Shown here piece after piece: positions 22,601 through 32,700 of a stretch of 64,000 nucleotides of DNA. Source of the DNA: Lobosporangium transversale (taxonomy: Eukaryota); assembly GCF_002105155.1 (NCBI RefSeq), contig NW_019029010.1:1-64000 (forward strand), read 5' to 3'. Each line of letters begins with the position of its first letter. Position 1 is the first letter of the stretch. The notes under the pieces are model-generated. The model saw only the letters and a program-made list of their open reading frames with translations, did not search any database and was not told the DNA's origin. The position numbers and the translations under genes were made by a program.

Positions 22601-23971
22601 CTTTGGGACACTACATCAGGCCAACTCACCCACACCCTGAGGCGGAATAAGGTGGATGATGCCTCAACTATTAGCGACATAAATGACGATACCGATAGTA
22701 CAGGCAGTGATGCCCAGAGTATAGACGGTGATTTCAATGATATGGACAGTAGGGCTAGTGACTCTGACGATTTGAACGACAGTGTTGTTGGTATGGACGA
22801 GGAATCTGATGGTATGGACGAGGAATCTGATGGCATGGACGACGATATTGATGAAGTAGGCAGCGATATTAATGAGACGGAAGATAGCACTGATGGTACG
22901 GACGACAGTATTGATGATATGTACGATGATAATATGGATAGTTATATTGGTGTCAAAGATCGCAACATCAGCGATATAGCATTTTCGCCTACCGGCCACC
23001 AAATCGCATCCGGCCATAAAAACGGAGATGTTTGTATATGGGACACACAAACAGGACAACTCATTCGCACATTAAAAGGCGGGACTGGATTCGCATCAAA
23101 CGTGGCATTTTCACCTGATGGTCAACAGATCGCTTCATTATCAGGAAAGCACAAGATCATGGTGTGGTCAACAGAGACAGTTGGAGAGCCCCTTCATACT
23201 ATTGCATTTAAAGGATATATCAGAAACCTAATATATCTTGCTAATGGTCATCAAATCGTAACTCTTTGTGACCTGGATGGTTGCGGCTTGTATCTGATCG
23301 ACACTAAAGTTGGCAAAGCCCGGCAAGTGATAAAATCGAGAGAATCTATTCGGACATTAGTGGCTTCGCCATGTGGCCGTCGAGTCGTCTGTGGATATAA
23401 TAACCGAACATTGGCCATAGTGGATATGGAAGCAGAGGTAGACGGAGAAGGGAACGCTAGCGCTACGATAGGGAGAGTAATACATAGACTTGAGGGCCTC
23501 CCAAACTGCCCTTGCTTCCTGAAATATTCACCCGATGGTCGCTTTTTTGCCTCTGGGACGCGTTATAGTGTGTATGTATGGGATGCAGAATCAGGCAAAC
23601 GCGTAGCTGTGATTACGAACGATTGTTTACGGGATTCAATCATTAATGATCTTGCCTGGGTCGGTTCTTCTGCTATTTCTGACGCTGAAGCGGAAGAGAC
23701 CGGGTTATTACTGGCGGCAGCTGGTGGAGATGGCTCCGTTAGGATGTGGCAGGTTTTTCAGGAAAAGGACAGACATAATAAAGTCGACGATGATGATGAT
23801 GATGATGATGACGAGGACCAAGAGGGCAACCATCGATATCAGTTGAAGTGGTCCTCGAAGCAGGTTGTTCTGAATGCGAGAGGCACATATATTGAAGGGG
23901 TGATTGGGTTATGCGATGCGAACAGAACACTATTAGAGCAGCGTGGGGCAGTTGGCACACCAAGCCTTTAG
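19676..23971 (+). CDS. NACHT-pentapeptide repeat-WD40 (NLR/STAND-like) protein lacking the N-terminal helical domain
   Basis: Walker A GYPGTGKS, Walker B LICDGYDE, RNPFLL, FIHHSLLEY, pentapeptide repeats (ADLRG..AQLQGADLR..ADLSGA) and many GH...WD repeats. An upstream exon is possible (AG at 19660-19661). Confidence 0.9.
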   Translation: MPQKKSSILNSNISGHAERRVAEEGIDTHTHLRTGIETSLRQFRCRRLVKRPEDCDFYIQLQGRVIPQVREDEEPLMEIAKKFLSSNKKVMLVQGYPGTGKSMFCRTLERYLWDKYEENHRRVPLFISLPAINNPQVDLVVKHLQEEAFTEAQIRELKKSHSFILICDGYDESMRANNLYMTNRLNQSGEWRAQMVISCNSDSLGPNYQDCFQPTRHNLRKSQSLFLDVVIAPLCEMHVHEACEQYMEAMGTAWDAEDYSRAFRLIPDYDELKRNPFLLSMSLQVLPQMMGPGQSSTPEIKRISIYDQFIQLWYEKKLKDVLELEDKRTLELLSDGKFAQKGIKYIVSLATAIYRHQGNNAVVEYSPLQHKETWKEAFFGRDNGDQLLLKASPLAHIGNQYRFIHHSLLEYCLVRAIFEPQDARNVGILKDHDDDVYKGYALTGASDAPSLLIWRGIVNEPSVAQFLAERALLEPIFKEQLLAYVEHSKSNSKWRIAAANAMTILVRAGVSFSGADLRGIQIPGADVRHGNFDSAQLQGADLRKVKMRSCWLREADLSGARMKGVQFGEWMYNLLNSHMIDGAYSPCGKTLAVCTTNILCVYDTSTWDQLWTYGGDFYTFNPYSPDGRYLAFVSARTEIHICEAKSGKHTLSLIGHENEIRFLVYSPDGYQIASVGQDYTTVRVWSTFSGSLLYALENNGMPMAYLEYSPDGHQLASSAPDNVTQLWDLETGQLQLVLESHKSHTGRTVYSLDGREIYSHTDDNTICMWDTKSGQLKRTIELEICCKGVKFSPDRRLIALWYKYDVDVRGTQANNLICILSGHIGLIEEVAFQPNGHQLATCAADMTIRLWNIRTGEVNNILYGHMRPINCIRFSPSGHQLATCSDDYTLRVWDARQPPFFHAIPGHECVINCVVSSPDGTRIASGSNDCTIRLWDAQTGVTLQTLNTHMAEVTNVRYSPTGHLLASRDRANILCLWDTTSGQLTHTLRRNKVDDASTISDINDDTDSTGSDAQSIDGDFNDMDSRASDSDDLNDSVVGMDEESDGMDEESDGMDDDIDEVGSDINETEDSTDGTDDSIDDMYDDNMDSYIGVKDRNISDIAFSPTGHQIASGHKNGDVCIWDTQTGQLIRTLKGGTGFASNVAFSPDGQQIASLSGKHKIMVWSTETVGEPLHTIAFKGYIRNLIYLANGHQIVTLCDLDGCGLYLIDTKVGKARQVIKSRESIRTLVASPCGRRVVCGYNNRTLAIVDMEAEVDGEGNASATIGRVIHRLEGLPNCPCFLKYSPDGRFFASGTRYSVYVWDAESGKRVAVITNDCLRDSIINDLAWVGSSAISDAEAEETGLLLAAAGGDGSVRMWQVFQEKDRHNKVDDDDDDDDDEDQEGNHRYQLKWSSKQVVLNARGTYIEGVIGLCDANRTLLEQRGAVGTPSL
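22790..22844 (+). repeat. 21-bp coding tandem repeat GGTATGGACGAGGAATCTGAT x2 plus a partial unit (GMDEESD)
   Basis: Read directly; lies inside an acidic insert with ~7-aa periodicity. Confidence 0.85.
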
Positions 23972-24577
23972 CGCTGCTAGCTTTTCTGACTGATTCATCA
24001 CCACAATGGATTTCGAAAATGTCGATAGTGAGGGTCATTGGATTGAAGGGAGATTGTCTGTTCTTCATATTAATTTGAAGCGATGTGGTTGTTTTCTCGT
24101 AGTTTTGTTGTTTAGTTGCATCCTTCATCGTAGTTAACAGCATATTAAATAACTTTATTTAATAAAATGACTTTTACGCTGTCAGGTTGAGAAACATCGT
24201 TTATATGTTCGTCTGAAAGATTTGCTGATTTTTTTTTTATTTTATTTTATTTTTTTATTAAACCTTTTTTAACCTACCGGAATAAATTATGAATTAGACT
24301 TCAAAAAAAAAAAAAAAAAAAAAAAAACTTAGGGATAAAGCGCGTGAACTACTTCTTCTTCCTCCTGGAACGAAGCTACCACTTTATCGAATAGCAAAAT
24401 GAATAATAAGAGAAGTAGGTATTAAGACAATTTCTTCAATTCGGTTTACCACAGCCACATTGTTAACTATTCATTTTTTTCACTTTTCACCTTTGGTAAA
24501 ACATCCTAAACCAGAATTCATTATGGCCCTGAATAAATGACAAAATGAGTTGTCGCTTTTGGTTGAACTAAATCACT

Positions 24578-24970
24578 AAATCAAATCAATCAACAATTAC
24601 CAACTAACTGCCCTCATGAGCATCCCATTATTCACTTTATCATTCAAATAAGTATAAACGCTATAAGGCTATGACAATCTTTTAGTGAGCCTTTGATCCA
24701 CTTTAGATTAAAGACGTATAAATTATAAATTGTAAAAAAAAAAAAAAAAGAAAGAATTGCCGGATTCTTCGCCTGCCTGCATATCTGCAAACAGCCCAGA
24801 GCGCACTACGAGGAGGAGGTGGCCTGGTTCTTGCACGCTCTACCGGGCCCACCAGTCTCTAGAGTTATTCGGTTGGGTATGATCATCTCATCATCGAGTT
24901 CTCAATACCGCCCTCGGAACTGTCTGGACTTTTGAGCAAACAACCCAAGGATCACATTGAGAACAGTATT
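24578..24970 (+). repeat. Left arm of a long degenerate inverted repeat
   Basis: 24579-24648 matches the reverse complement of ~29190-29259 at about 57/70 nt by hand count. Blocks AAAGAATT..CCTGCATATCTGCA..CAGCCCAG.GCGC and TCTCATCATCGAG also match the right arm. Confidence 0.8.
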
Positions 24971-25974
24971 GTAATAGGTAGTGAAGACAAAAGGTGATCT
25001 TTATTAAATTATTATTACAAGCCTTTTATAGGCTTAAGACTATATACTGTGACAAGTATGCAATCCACTATCCATTAGTACGTCCATATACACTACGACA
25101 ATGCCCAAGGAGGCGCGGCTTGCCTTCTTTATCTCTGGCATCCCCTCCCCCCTTTGCCCTCAACATGACGAATTCGGGATAATTATTTCTTCGCGTCCTC
25201 CTTTAAAATTTTACCCTCAGGCTAAAGTCTGTTAAAAGCATAGAGAGCAGGCTTGAAGATCCATTTCTCCAACAGCATGCTAACCAACATCACTGGTCTC
25301 GCTTTGAACCCGAGGAACTGAGGGTATATAGCGGCGTGTTTCCCATATGTAATCTCAGCGTCAAGGCTTGATCGTGTCTGCCGCTCTAGGTTGTTATAGT
25401 CGCCTTTGTCGCCATTCTTTCTAACCCAAATGTGCGATCGGCCATGAGGGTTGAAGAATAGATTATGCGGCTCCACGCGAACTCTGCCGCTTGTAAGCGC
25501 GGCCGTCTTTGGCACCAAGACATTCCACCTCGTCGTCCCAATCATTACTCGGCTGCCTCCTAGCGAGGACACATTGATGGCCTTGAAGTATCAGGCCCTC
25601 AGAGCCACATCCGCATCGGTTTGAACGGCCAAACACCTCCACCTTAGGGCATATATGTACCCTCCAACCGGACTGGGTAAGACAACCCTGCAGTCCTCTC
25701 GCCCCCAGCTCGCTAGCAGAGAACGGCGCGTACCAAAAGGCGTCATGGCATCCAGCCAGCTCGTGCTCTTGAAAGTCTACAAGCTGGCCGTACCAGATCT
25801 ACCTGTCCCTCGTCCTGTTGGTTTTTCAAGGGGAGCAACAAGGCTACCCTCTCTTCCTCGCCCAGCAGGTACTGAAAAGTTCTGAGTGATAATGTGTGTG
25901 TTATTGTAACGAGGGTGAGCAAGTGGAGGAAAAGGGTAAGGGATGAAGTATAATCGCTCTGCTGGAGGCATAAG

Positions 25975-26028
25975 AGAGGATGAGGATAAGGATGAGGATA
26001 CGGATGAGGATAAGGGTGAGGATAAGGA
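25975..26028 (+). repeat. GAGGAT/AAGGAT hexamer microsatellite
   Basis: gaggatgaggataaggatgaggatacggatgaggataagggtgaggataagg, located at the truncation point of copy A. Confidence 0.75.
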
Positions 26029-26029
26029 C

Positions 26030-26930
26030 CCTAGTATGGCGTACTAATAGCGCACCAAGGTATTTTTGTATTAGGGTACACTATGTCGCTACTGGTAGAC
26101 TAATGGCACGTTGCCTCAGTCAAGTCTGCTGGCGGAGAAAAAAAGGAGGGGGGCTTTGGCGCGCCGGTGAAAACCGCTGCCCACTTGACATCATTGTGAT
26201 GATGTTGATGTTGATGTCGATGATATTGGTGACGATGATATTGGTAATTGATGATTGATGATTGATGATGTTGATATTGTTGATTCTGATGACGCTGATA
26301 TTGATGATTTGATGATATTGCTGTGGATGTTGCTGCTGGTATTGATGTTGGTGTTGATGCTGATGAGGAGGAGGAGATGAAAAAGATATCCCAAGGTAGA
26401 GTAGTTGCAACCGTTAGGAAACGTCTGCGGTGCTGCTCCACTAGGGAATGGTTGAAAGTTAGTCGCTTCCAACCGTTCGACCGCTTCTATGCTTCTGCTG
26501 AAGCACTGGGTTTGGCCAAAAGCCTTGAGTGATGTGACTACCAAAATGCCTGTGCAGGCTCTCCATCGACCATCGGGGACGAGGGCATTAGTGCGCCAGG
26601 CCTTGGACTTGTCAGGAACAGTGGTAAAGCTTAACCACGGTTCAAGAAGGGGCGACTGTCGGGTTAAAGTGGGAGTGTGCCCATCCATAGATGAGTCGAC
26701 TACAAAAAGCCTAAAAGTACAAATACCAAACATCACATTAGTGGTTATCTTGGATTTAAACCCGCGTCATCTTCAGTAAGAAACGTCAGCAGTCTTACCA
26801 TCATAAGCATCCACAAACTTTTTGGCAAGGGCTCAGAAAAAGATGTTCAATATCTTTCCATGAAGCTTTTGACAGCTTGTGTCGACTCAGACCAGATGGC
26901 AAGGGTGTATGAAGGAAGAGGATGAGGCAA
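26030..26930 (-). pseudogene. Degenerate copy A of a tandemly duplicated gene, truncated before the RNase III domain
   Basis: Shares TLPWDIF/TLSWDAF, SSDIVYPNT/SSDMAYPNT, a GAT-rich low-complexity block and an intron position (GTAAG...TAG) with copy B. Contains in-frame stops. Confidence 0.6.
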
Positions 26931-27189
26931 AAGTAAGAAGGGATAAGACTAGTCTAGAAAATAGGAAGAGTCTTTAATTTTATTTATTTATTTATTTTTC
27001 CACTACTTCATTTGACGTATTTGGTCACGCACTGAGGCTTGTTGGATACAAAGCGCTCTACCACCAACTCAGCTCGCAACTGAGGCATGCAATGCTATGT
27101 TATTGGATGTTTGTTTATTTAATTTTTTTATTATTTATCTTTTGCTAAACGCATTCACGTTGGGGCCAAAGGTACCATCGCTACCAAGA

Positions 27190-28187
27190 ATGCTGTATTG
27201 GATCCCATTATTTTCAACTCGAAATCCATAAGTACAGCCCCTATCAATGCCTCAAACGCATCTGTCAAGGCCTTGGGGGCTTTCAAGTTGCCCGGCCATT
27301 TCCCGCCATTCGATGCACTCTTTGTGTTGACTGTTGCCGTCTTTTGCTCAAAAGCGGCTCTATTAGTCGATGGATGCCTCGGGTGCTTACCAAACCCAAG
27401 TTGGTAAAGATCATGACAAAGGGGGCATTTGAGGCATTGTATTGGGCCTTCAGGGCTGTCGTCCTTCCTTCAAGCACTGTATCCAATACAGCAACAGCAC
27501 TGTAACTAGCTCTAGTGCTGCATCTCCGCGTACTCTAATCGCTCAAAGCTGGATGACCCAAGGCTAAAGGCGCGTCGAAGGAGTGTCTTGACCTTGAACG
27601 TGTGCTCGATAGTGCCCTCAATTTGTCCAACCTCATGGTCATCCAGTAGCTTCTGGTATGGGGGACTAACGGCCTGTAAAAACAGTGTTGTATTAGGGTA
27701 TGCCATATCGCTACTGGCAGGCCAGCAGTACATCGCACCAGTCAAATTCACCGGTTAAATTAACTGGGCTTGAGAGTAGCGTGATGATGATATTCTTGAT
27801 GATATTCTTGATGATATTCTTGATGATATTCTTGATGATAATGACGATGATATTCTTGATGATAATGACGATGATATTGATGACGATAGTGATGATAATA
27901 TTGATGATACTGATGAGATGATACCGTTGATGGAGAAGAGAAGGGGAGAGGAGGAAGAGGAGAGGGAGAAGGCAGAGGATAAAGGCATCCCAAGATAGAG
28001 TATTCGCCATCACTAGGAGGCGCCCGCGATATCGTTTCTGCACTGACTGGCTACAAATCAAGCGTACTCTGTTCCCCGATGTGCCCGCCGGTTGCAAAGT
28101 CATAGACAACAAAGTCCTAGAAAGCACAAATAGAAAGAAAAAAATTAGATCAGTGATTTCTTTGGATCTAAACCAATGTCACCTTTG

Positions 28188-28218
<31 letters not shown>

Positions 28219-28420
28219 AGAGATCCATAAAGTCTACGACTTACGTCTATGCTTGGTATGCAACCATCTTGGCTTTTGCCTCTGTAGGCGTTGCCGAGTT
28301 GAAATGTTTTTGTGTGTGACAAGTGGGTTGGGATTGAAGAGTTATGAGTGCATAACAAAATAAAAAGTAAAAAGAAAAAAGAAAAGATGAAAACAATGCC
28401 AGGCTTTATTTATACTTCGT
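27190..28420 (-). pseudogene. Degenerate copy B carrying a Dicer-type RNase III domain
   Basis: QIEGTIEHTFKVKTLLRRAF...FERLEY, 1-nt frameshift, GDAALELV; then LEGRTTALKAQYNASN...NLGL; then APKALTDAFEALIGAVLMD (27280-27224). TATA-like box at ~28410 and intron at ~28246-28118. Confidence 0.8.
27781..27920 (+). repeat. GATGATATTCTT-based minisatellite / GAT-rich low-complexity block
   Basis: 12-bp unit repeated ~4 times, followed by longer variants. A more decayed counterpart lies at ~26195-26365. Confidence 0.8.
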
Positions 28421-28879
28421 TTTTTTTTTTTCCCTTGCCCTCGAGTTTGATCAGTAAGTGTTAGTGCATTACACAAAAGTCACAAAGACTGGTGATGCAC
28501 CTTGTCAAAGGACTTTCTGCCCTTTCTTTATTTGGGTTTGTACTCCACAACCTACAGCCCCACAAACATCAAAGAGTAAAGCACAAAGCAACCAAGAGCA
28601 AATTGATTGCGCGGCATTTAAGGACTACATTTGAAACATAGTAAATTATCGTTTTTGAGCATGTCCCCATAGCATCCTACTTCGAAAAAAGTTGGTAAAG
28701 GAGAGGAAAGCAAGCTATCCCGGCCTTGAAAAGTGTATAAAAAGACATCTCTTTTTCTCTTTCTCAGGTCCCTTATATGATAGTCCTTATACTCTGCAAA
28801 GCATACGGTGCTCCAGAGCAGGGTTGTTAGTAGGTCTTTAGTACTGGTCCACTTGTGGGACCGGGAAAAAGCGCTCGAG

Positions 28880-29265
28880 CTCAACACTGTTTCAACATGT
28901 TTCTAGTCCAAGGGATGGTTTTGAAGCTCGATGATGAGAAGCCCCTCGAGGCGACTTCTCCAGAACCTGGAGTCAGGTGGGGCGCCCTGGGCTGCCTGCA
29001 GATATGCAGGTAGACGAAGTGTCTAGTAATTCTTTTTTCATATATTTTTACATTCCATGTCTTCACTGTGAGGTAGGTTCTCTGGATCATCAAAGATTGG
29101 CGTGATCCTACGATGTTTTTATATGTTTTTGGTGGCGCGTTTTACCCTTATTCTTGTTCCTAGAATTAAGTTTCCATTGCGACCCTTTTTTTAAATGGCA
29201 GAGTGAATAATGAGGTGCTCATGAGGGGTGATGGTTGGCAATTATTGATTCATTTGATTCATTTC
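28880..29265 (-). repeat. Right arm of a long degenerate inverted repeat
   Basis: Reverse complement contains CCCTCATGAGCACCTCATTATTCACT, CCTGCATATCTGCAGGCAGCCCAGGGCGC and TCTCATCATCGAG, in the same order as the left arm. Confidence 0.8.
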
Positions 29266-29788
29266 ATTTGATTCATTTCAATTGATTTATTTCATTCAAT
29301 TGGTTCATTCAAGCAAGATTCAGCTAATGAAATGGATGGCGTGACCCATGCAACAACTCATGGTAGAATCCTAGCACGCTTTTCTTTTAGGCTCCACCTT
29401 TGCATACAGCAACAAACCTAGTCAAATGGTATCTAAACTTGAACGAGGCTTAAGATCAGCTCACTTCCGGTTTTACCATGGATAGGTGAATTCACCAAAG
29501 GTTTCCTTGAAAAAAAAAAAAAAAAAAAAAAAATCACATGCATACTTTTTCCGGATGTATTTCCTTCTATATTTTACTTGCTTCCTTCCTATCTTCCTCA
29601 CACCCGAATCATTGAGCCTATCAAGATACCAATTATCAAGAGCAGCTTCCTTAGCTTCCTTATACCTGGTCACCAATCTCATTGTATGTTGATCACATTT
29701 TTTTGCTGTCTGGCTTCCCTAAGATTATCAACACCAATCCTAACCAACTTATTACTCCTGATAAATCAATAGCGAAAAGCAAAAGCAA

Positions 29789-32700
29789 ATGAATGTGTTT
29801 AGATCCTTGAATACTCGCAAGACTTTGTCCGCGCAGGTCGCTTTCAGTATCGCCACTGCATATTTAGAACAAGCTAACAAAACTACTGACCCGAAGGTGA
29901 CAGCGGAGCATTGCTTCGACGCAGTAAAAGCACTTTCTCGGATACGATCCAACGGACAGAAACACCTCGTCACCTCCTTTTGTCCTGAAGACCAACAATT
30001 CTGTATGAGTGTGGCTGATACCCTATTTGATCTTGGGACATTGTTAGCTGGTCACAATTATCAAAGTGAAGCACAGGGCTGTTTTAAAGAGGCTCAACGA
30101 TGGAGGCAGGATCAAGAGAGTACCCGGCTGGTGCAATACTCATCTACATCCACACCCAGTCATAAAAGCGATGGGAGCAAAAATAATATCAGAGACGACT
30201 CTATCAACTCGAGCAGCCAACATACAAAAGGCAATATGAATGACTTGAATATTGTGCAGCCACAACTACTGAGAGGCCATGATGCTGTCATTGTCCCAAC
30301 GGATATCTTTGGCAGTGATGAACCTCCAACTATTGTCAGATACAACCTACCAGGTTTCGACGAACGACTCAACGACGTTTCTCAGCTTGTATATTGTCTC
30401 AATCTACTGCAGTCTGCACCTTTTCGAATGGACAATCTCACCGCATCTGAGCATGAATGGTCCGCCTCTAGGACAGTCGATTTAGGTGAACTGGAACGAC
30501 TGCGCAGCTTAGTATCGGATATGGTTACTATGTTCATTAACGACGGGACCAAAGCCAAGGCCGCCGTTGTCGAGGTCGTTCGTCTGGCCCCAGTCCTCGA
30601 CAGAGAGCACTATAGGAGGCTGCTGATGGCTTTCATTAACGACATCAATGAGGGCATCATTCTTGATATACATCTTCTAGAGGGGCTAGCTCAGCTGATG
30701 CAACATGGCCCTCCTAATTACCTGGACTCTGATGATCTTGTCAAAATTCTAAATACTCTTAGTCCACGAATAAAAGATGTTCACAAGCAATCAAGCGAAT
30801 TCCTCTATTCACTGGTCGCAACTATCTCACAAGTTCTTGATGCCATGGCCAATAATCAAGTAAAAGGCCTCAAGCGCGAGCAGCTTCATGAGCCTCTGTC
30901 AGCTTATTTAAAAGGATTGATGGGTGACTCTGATCCTTATCTAGTGTACCACGCATCCTATGCATACCAGGCGTTACAGTACATCCCTGACGATGAGACA
31001 CCCATACAGGCAATGCTTCGGCGCACAACAACCGTCCTCCGAGGTGTGTTCGGAGTAGTTGACGCAATTGATAGCCTTGAGTTGAGTGCATTCATGGATG
31101 AACTAACTAAAACCCAGGGGCAGGTAACAACAGTAACAGAAGTTGCAGACATGGGCCTGCAAGTGTACAATGGTATTGTAACGCTAGCTGCGAGCGGAGT
31201 AGCATTCATAGAATGTATGAAGGAAGGTTTTTCCTTCAGCGGCAAGGCCACATGGTACCCTGCGCTGCGTATGGCCGACTTATTGCTCCAGGCGGGACAA
31301 CTCATCAAGTTCAAGGCATTTGTATGTGAGGTTCCATGTCGGCGCGATCCAGCGTTCCAATGGGGGCTATGTCAACTGCTAGGCCAGATCGCAGCCTGTC
31401 CTCGAATGACCATATGCACACGTCAAGATGCAGTCACTTTTTTAGCCATGATTTATAAGAATGATGCTGAATGGGGAAGCTACGCCCATATAAAGCAATA
31501 TATCATTGCCATCCTCAAAAAACTAGTATTTGAACCAGGGTCCCTTACGCAAAGTAAACCTTTTTTTTTACCTTCATTTCATTCGTTTATTTTTTTATTT
31601 TATCAAATTATTAATCATTATAACCTGTGTTTATTCAACTCACTTTGGATCGATCTTTGTCTATTTTTGACATACTGTAGATGCTAGATCACAACTCCAG
31701 GAGCTCGCCACTGATAGAGACGTAGATAAGCAAAGCCTCGGCAATGCGTGCATAAGTGGTCCGCCCTTCCAGAACTGCTTTCATGTTCCTTCACCTCGCC
31801 TTGCATCACCATCCTTGCTTGACCGTGTTCAAGAGGCGCCAGATGATGAAAAGAGTATACAGCAGTTTAAACAGTTTCAACTCAAAAGTCGCGACGACAG
31901 AGATTTTTATATCCCGCTGTATGCCAAAGAAAACCCAAAAGCACGTGATGACGATTTGTTCCTTTTGATGGAGAGGGTAATAGAGTTTTTGAATAGCGAT
32001 AACAAAGTATTTCTCATCCAAGGCGATTCTGGCGCGGGCAAGTCAACATTCAGTCGTACGCTTGAACATAGACTGTGGGACTCCTATGTGAAGAGGCGAG
32101 GACGTATTCCCCTTCACATTAATTTAGCAGCTGTTGAAAACCCAGATAAAGACCTAGTGGCAAAGAGGCTGCGAATGGCTGGCTTCACAAGGCCCCAGAT
32201 CAAGGAGCTTAAGATGAGTCGCAAGTTTATCCTGATATGCGATGGATATGATGAGAGCAGGCAATCCAAGAACCTGTATGTGACTAATCGGCTGAATGAG
32301 CCTGGAGAATGGGATGTCCAGATGGTGATCAGTTGTCGCAGCGAGTACCTTGGTCAGGACTACCAGAGTCGCTTCAAACCGACAAGACGTAATTACCATA
32401 TTGAATTGCCGCAGTTTCAAGAGGCGGTAATTGCCCCGTTCTCTGAATCTCAGATCGATGAGTATATTGAGCACTACGTGGAAGCTATAGATCCATTGTG
32501 GCATGTTGAGGACTACCGACGCGCGCTTCAACTAGTGCCAAGCTTGCACGAACTCGTCAAGAACCCTTTTCTACTTTCGATGTCATTGGAGGTGCTTCCT
32601 CGGATGGTAGATCCGGACCAAGGTCTTTCAGGGTCTATGGTTAAACGTGTAACCCTATATGACCAGTTCGTAGAGTTCTGGTTCGAGCGGGGCAAGAAGC

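Noticed and set aside
27700..27993. ORFs such as MIFLMIFL, HQEYHQEY and SSRISSRI
   Set aside because: Translations of a minisatellite in several frames; not independent genes.
24578..29265. Calling the inverted-repeat cassette an autonomous transposon
   Set aside because: No transposase motif or target-site duplication identified; reported only as repeats plus a hypothesis.
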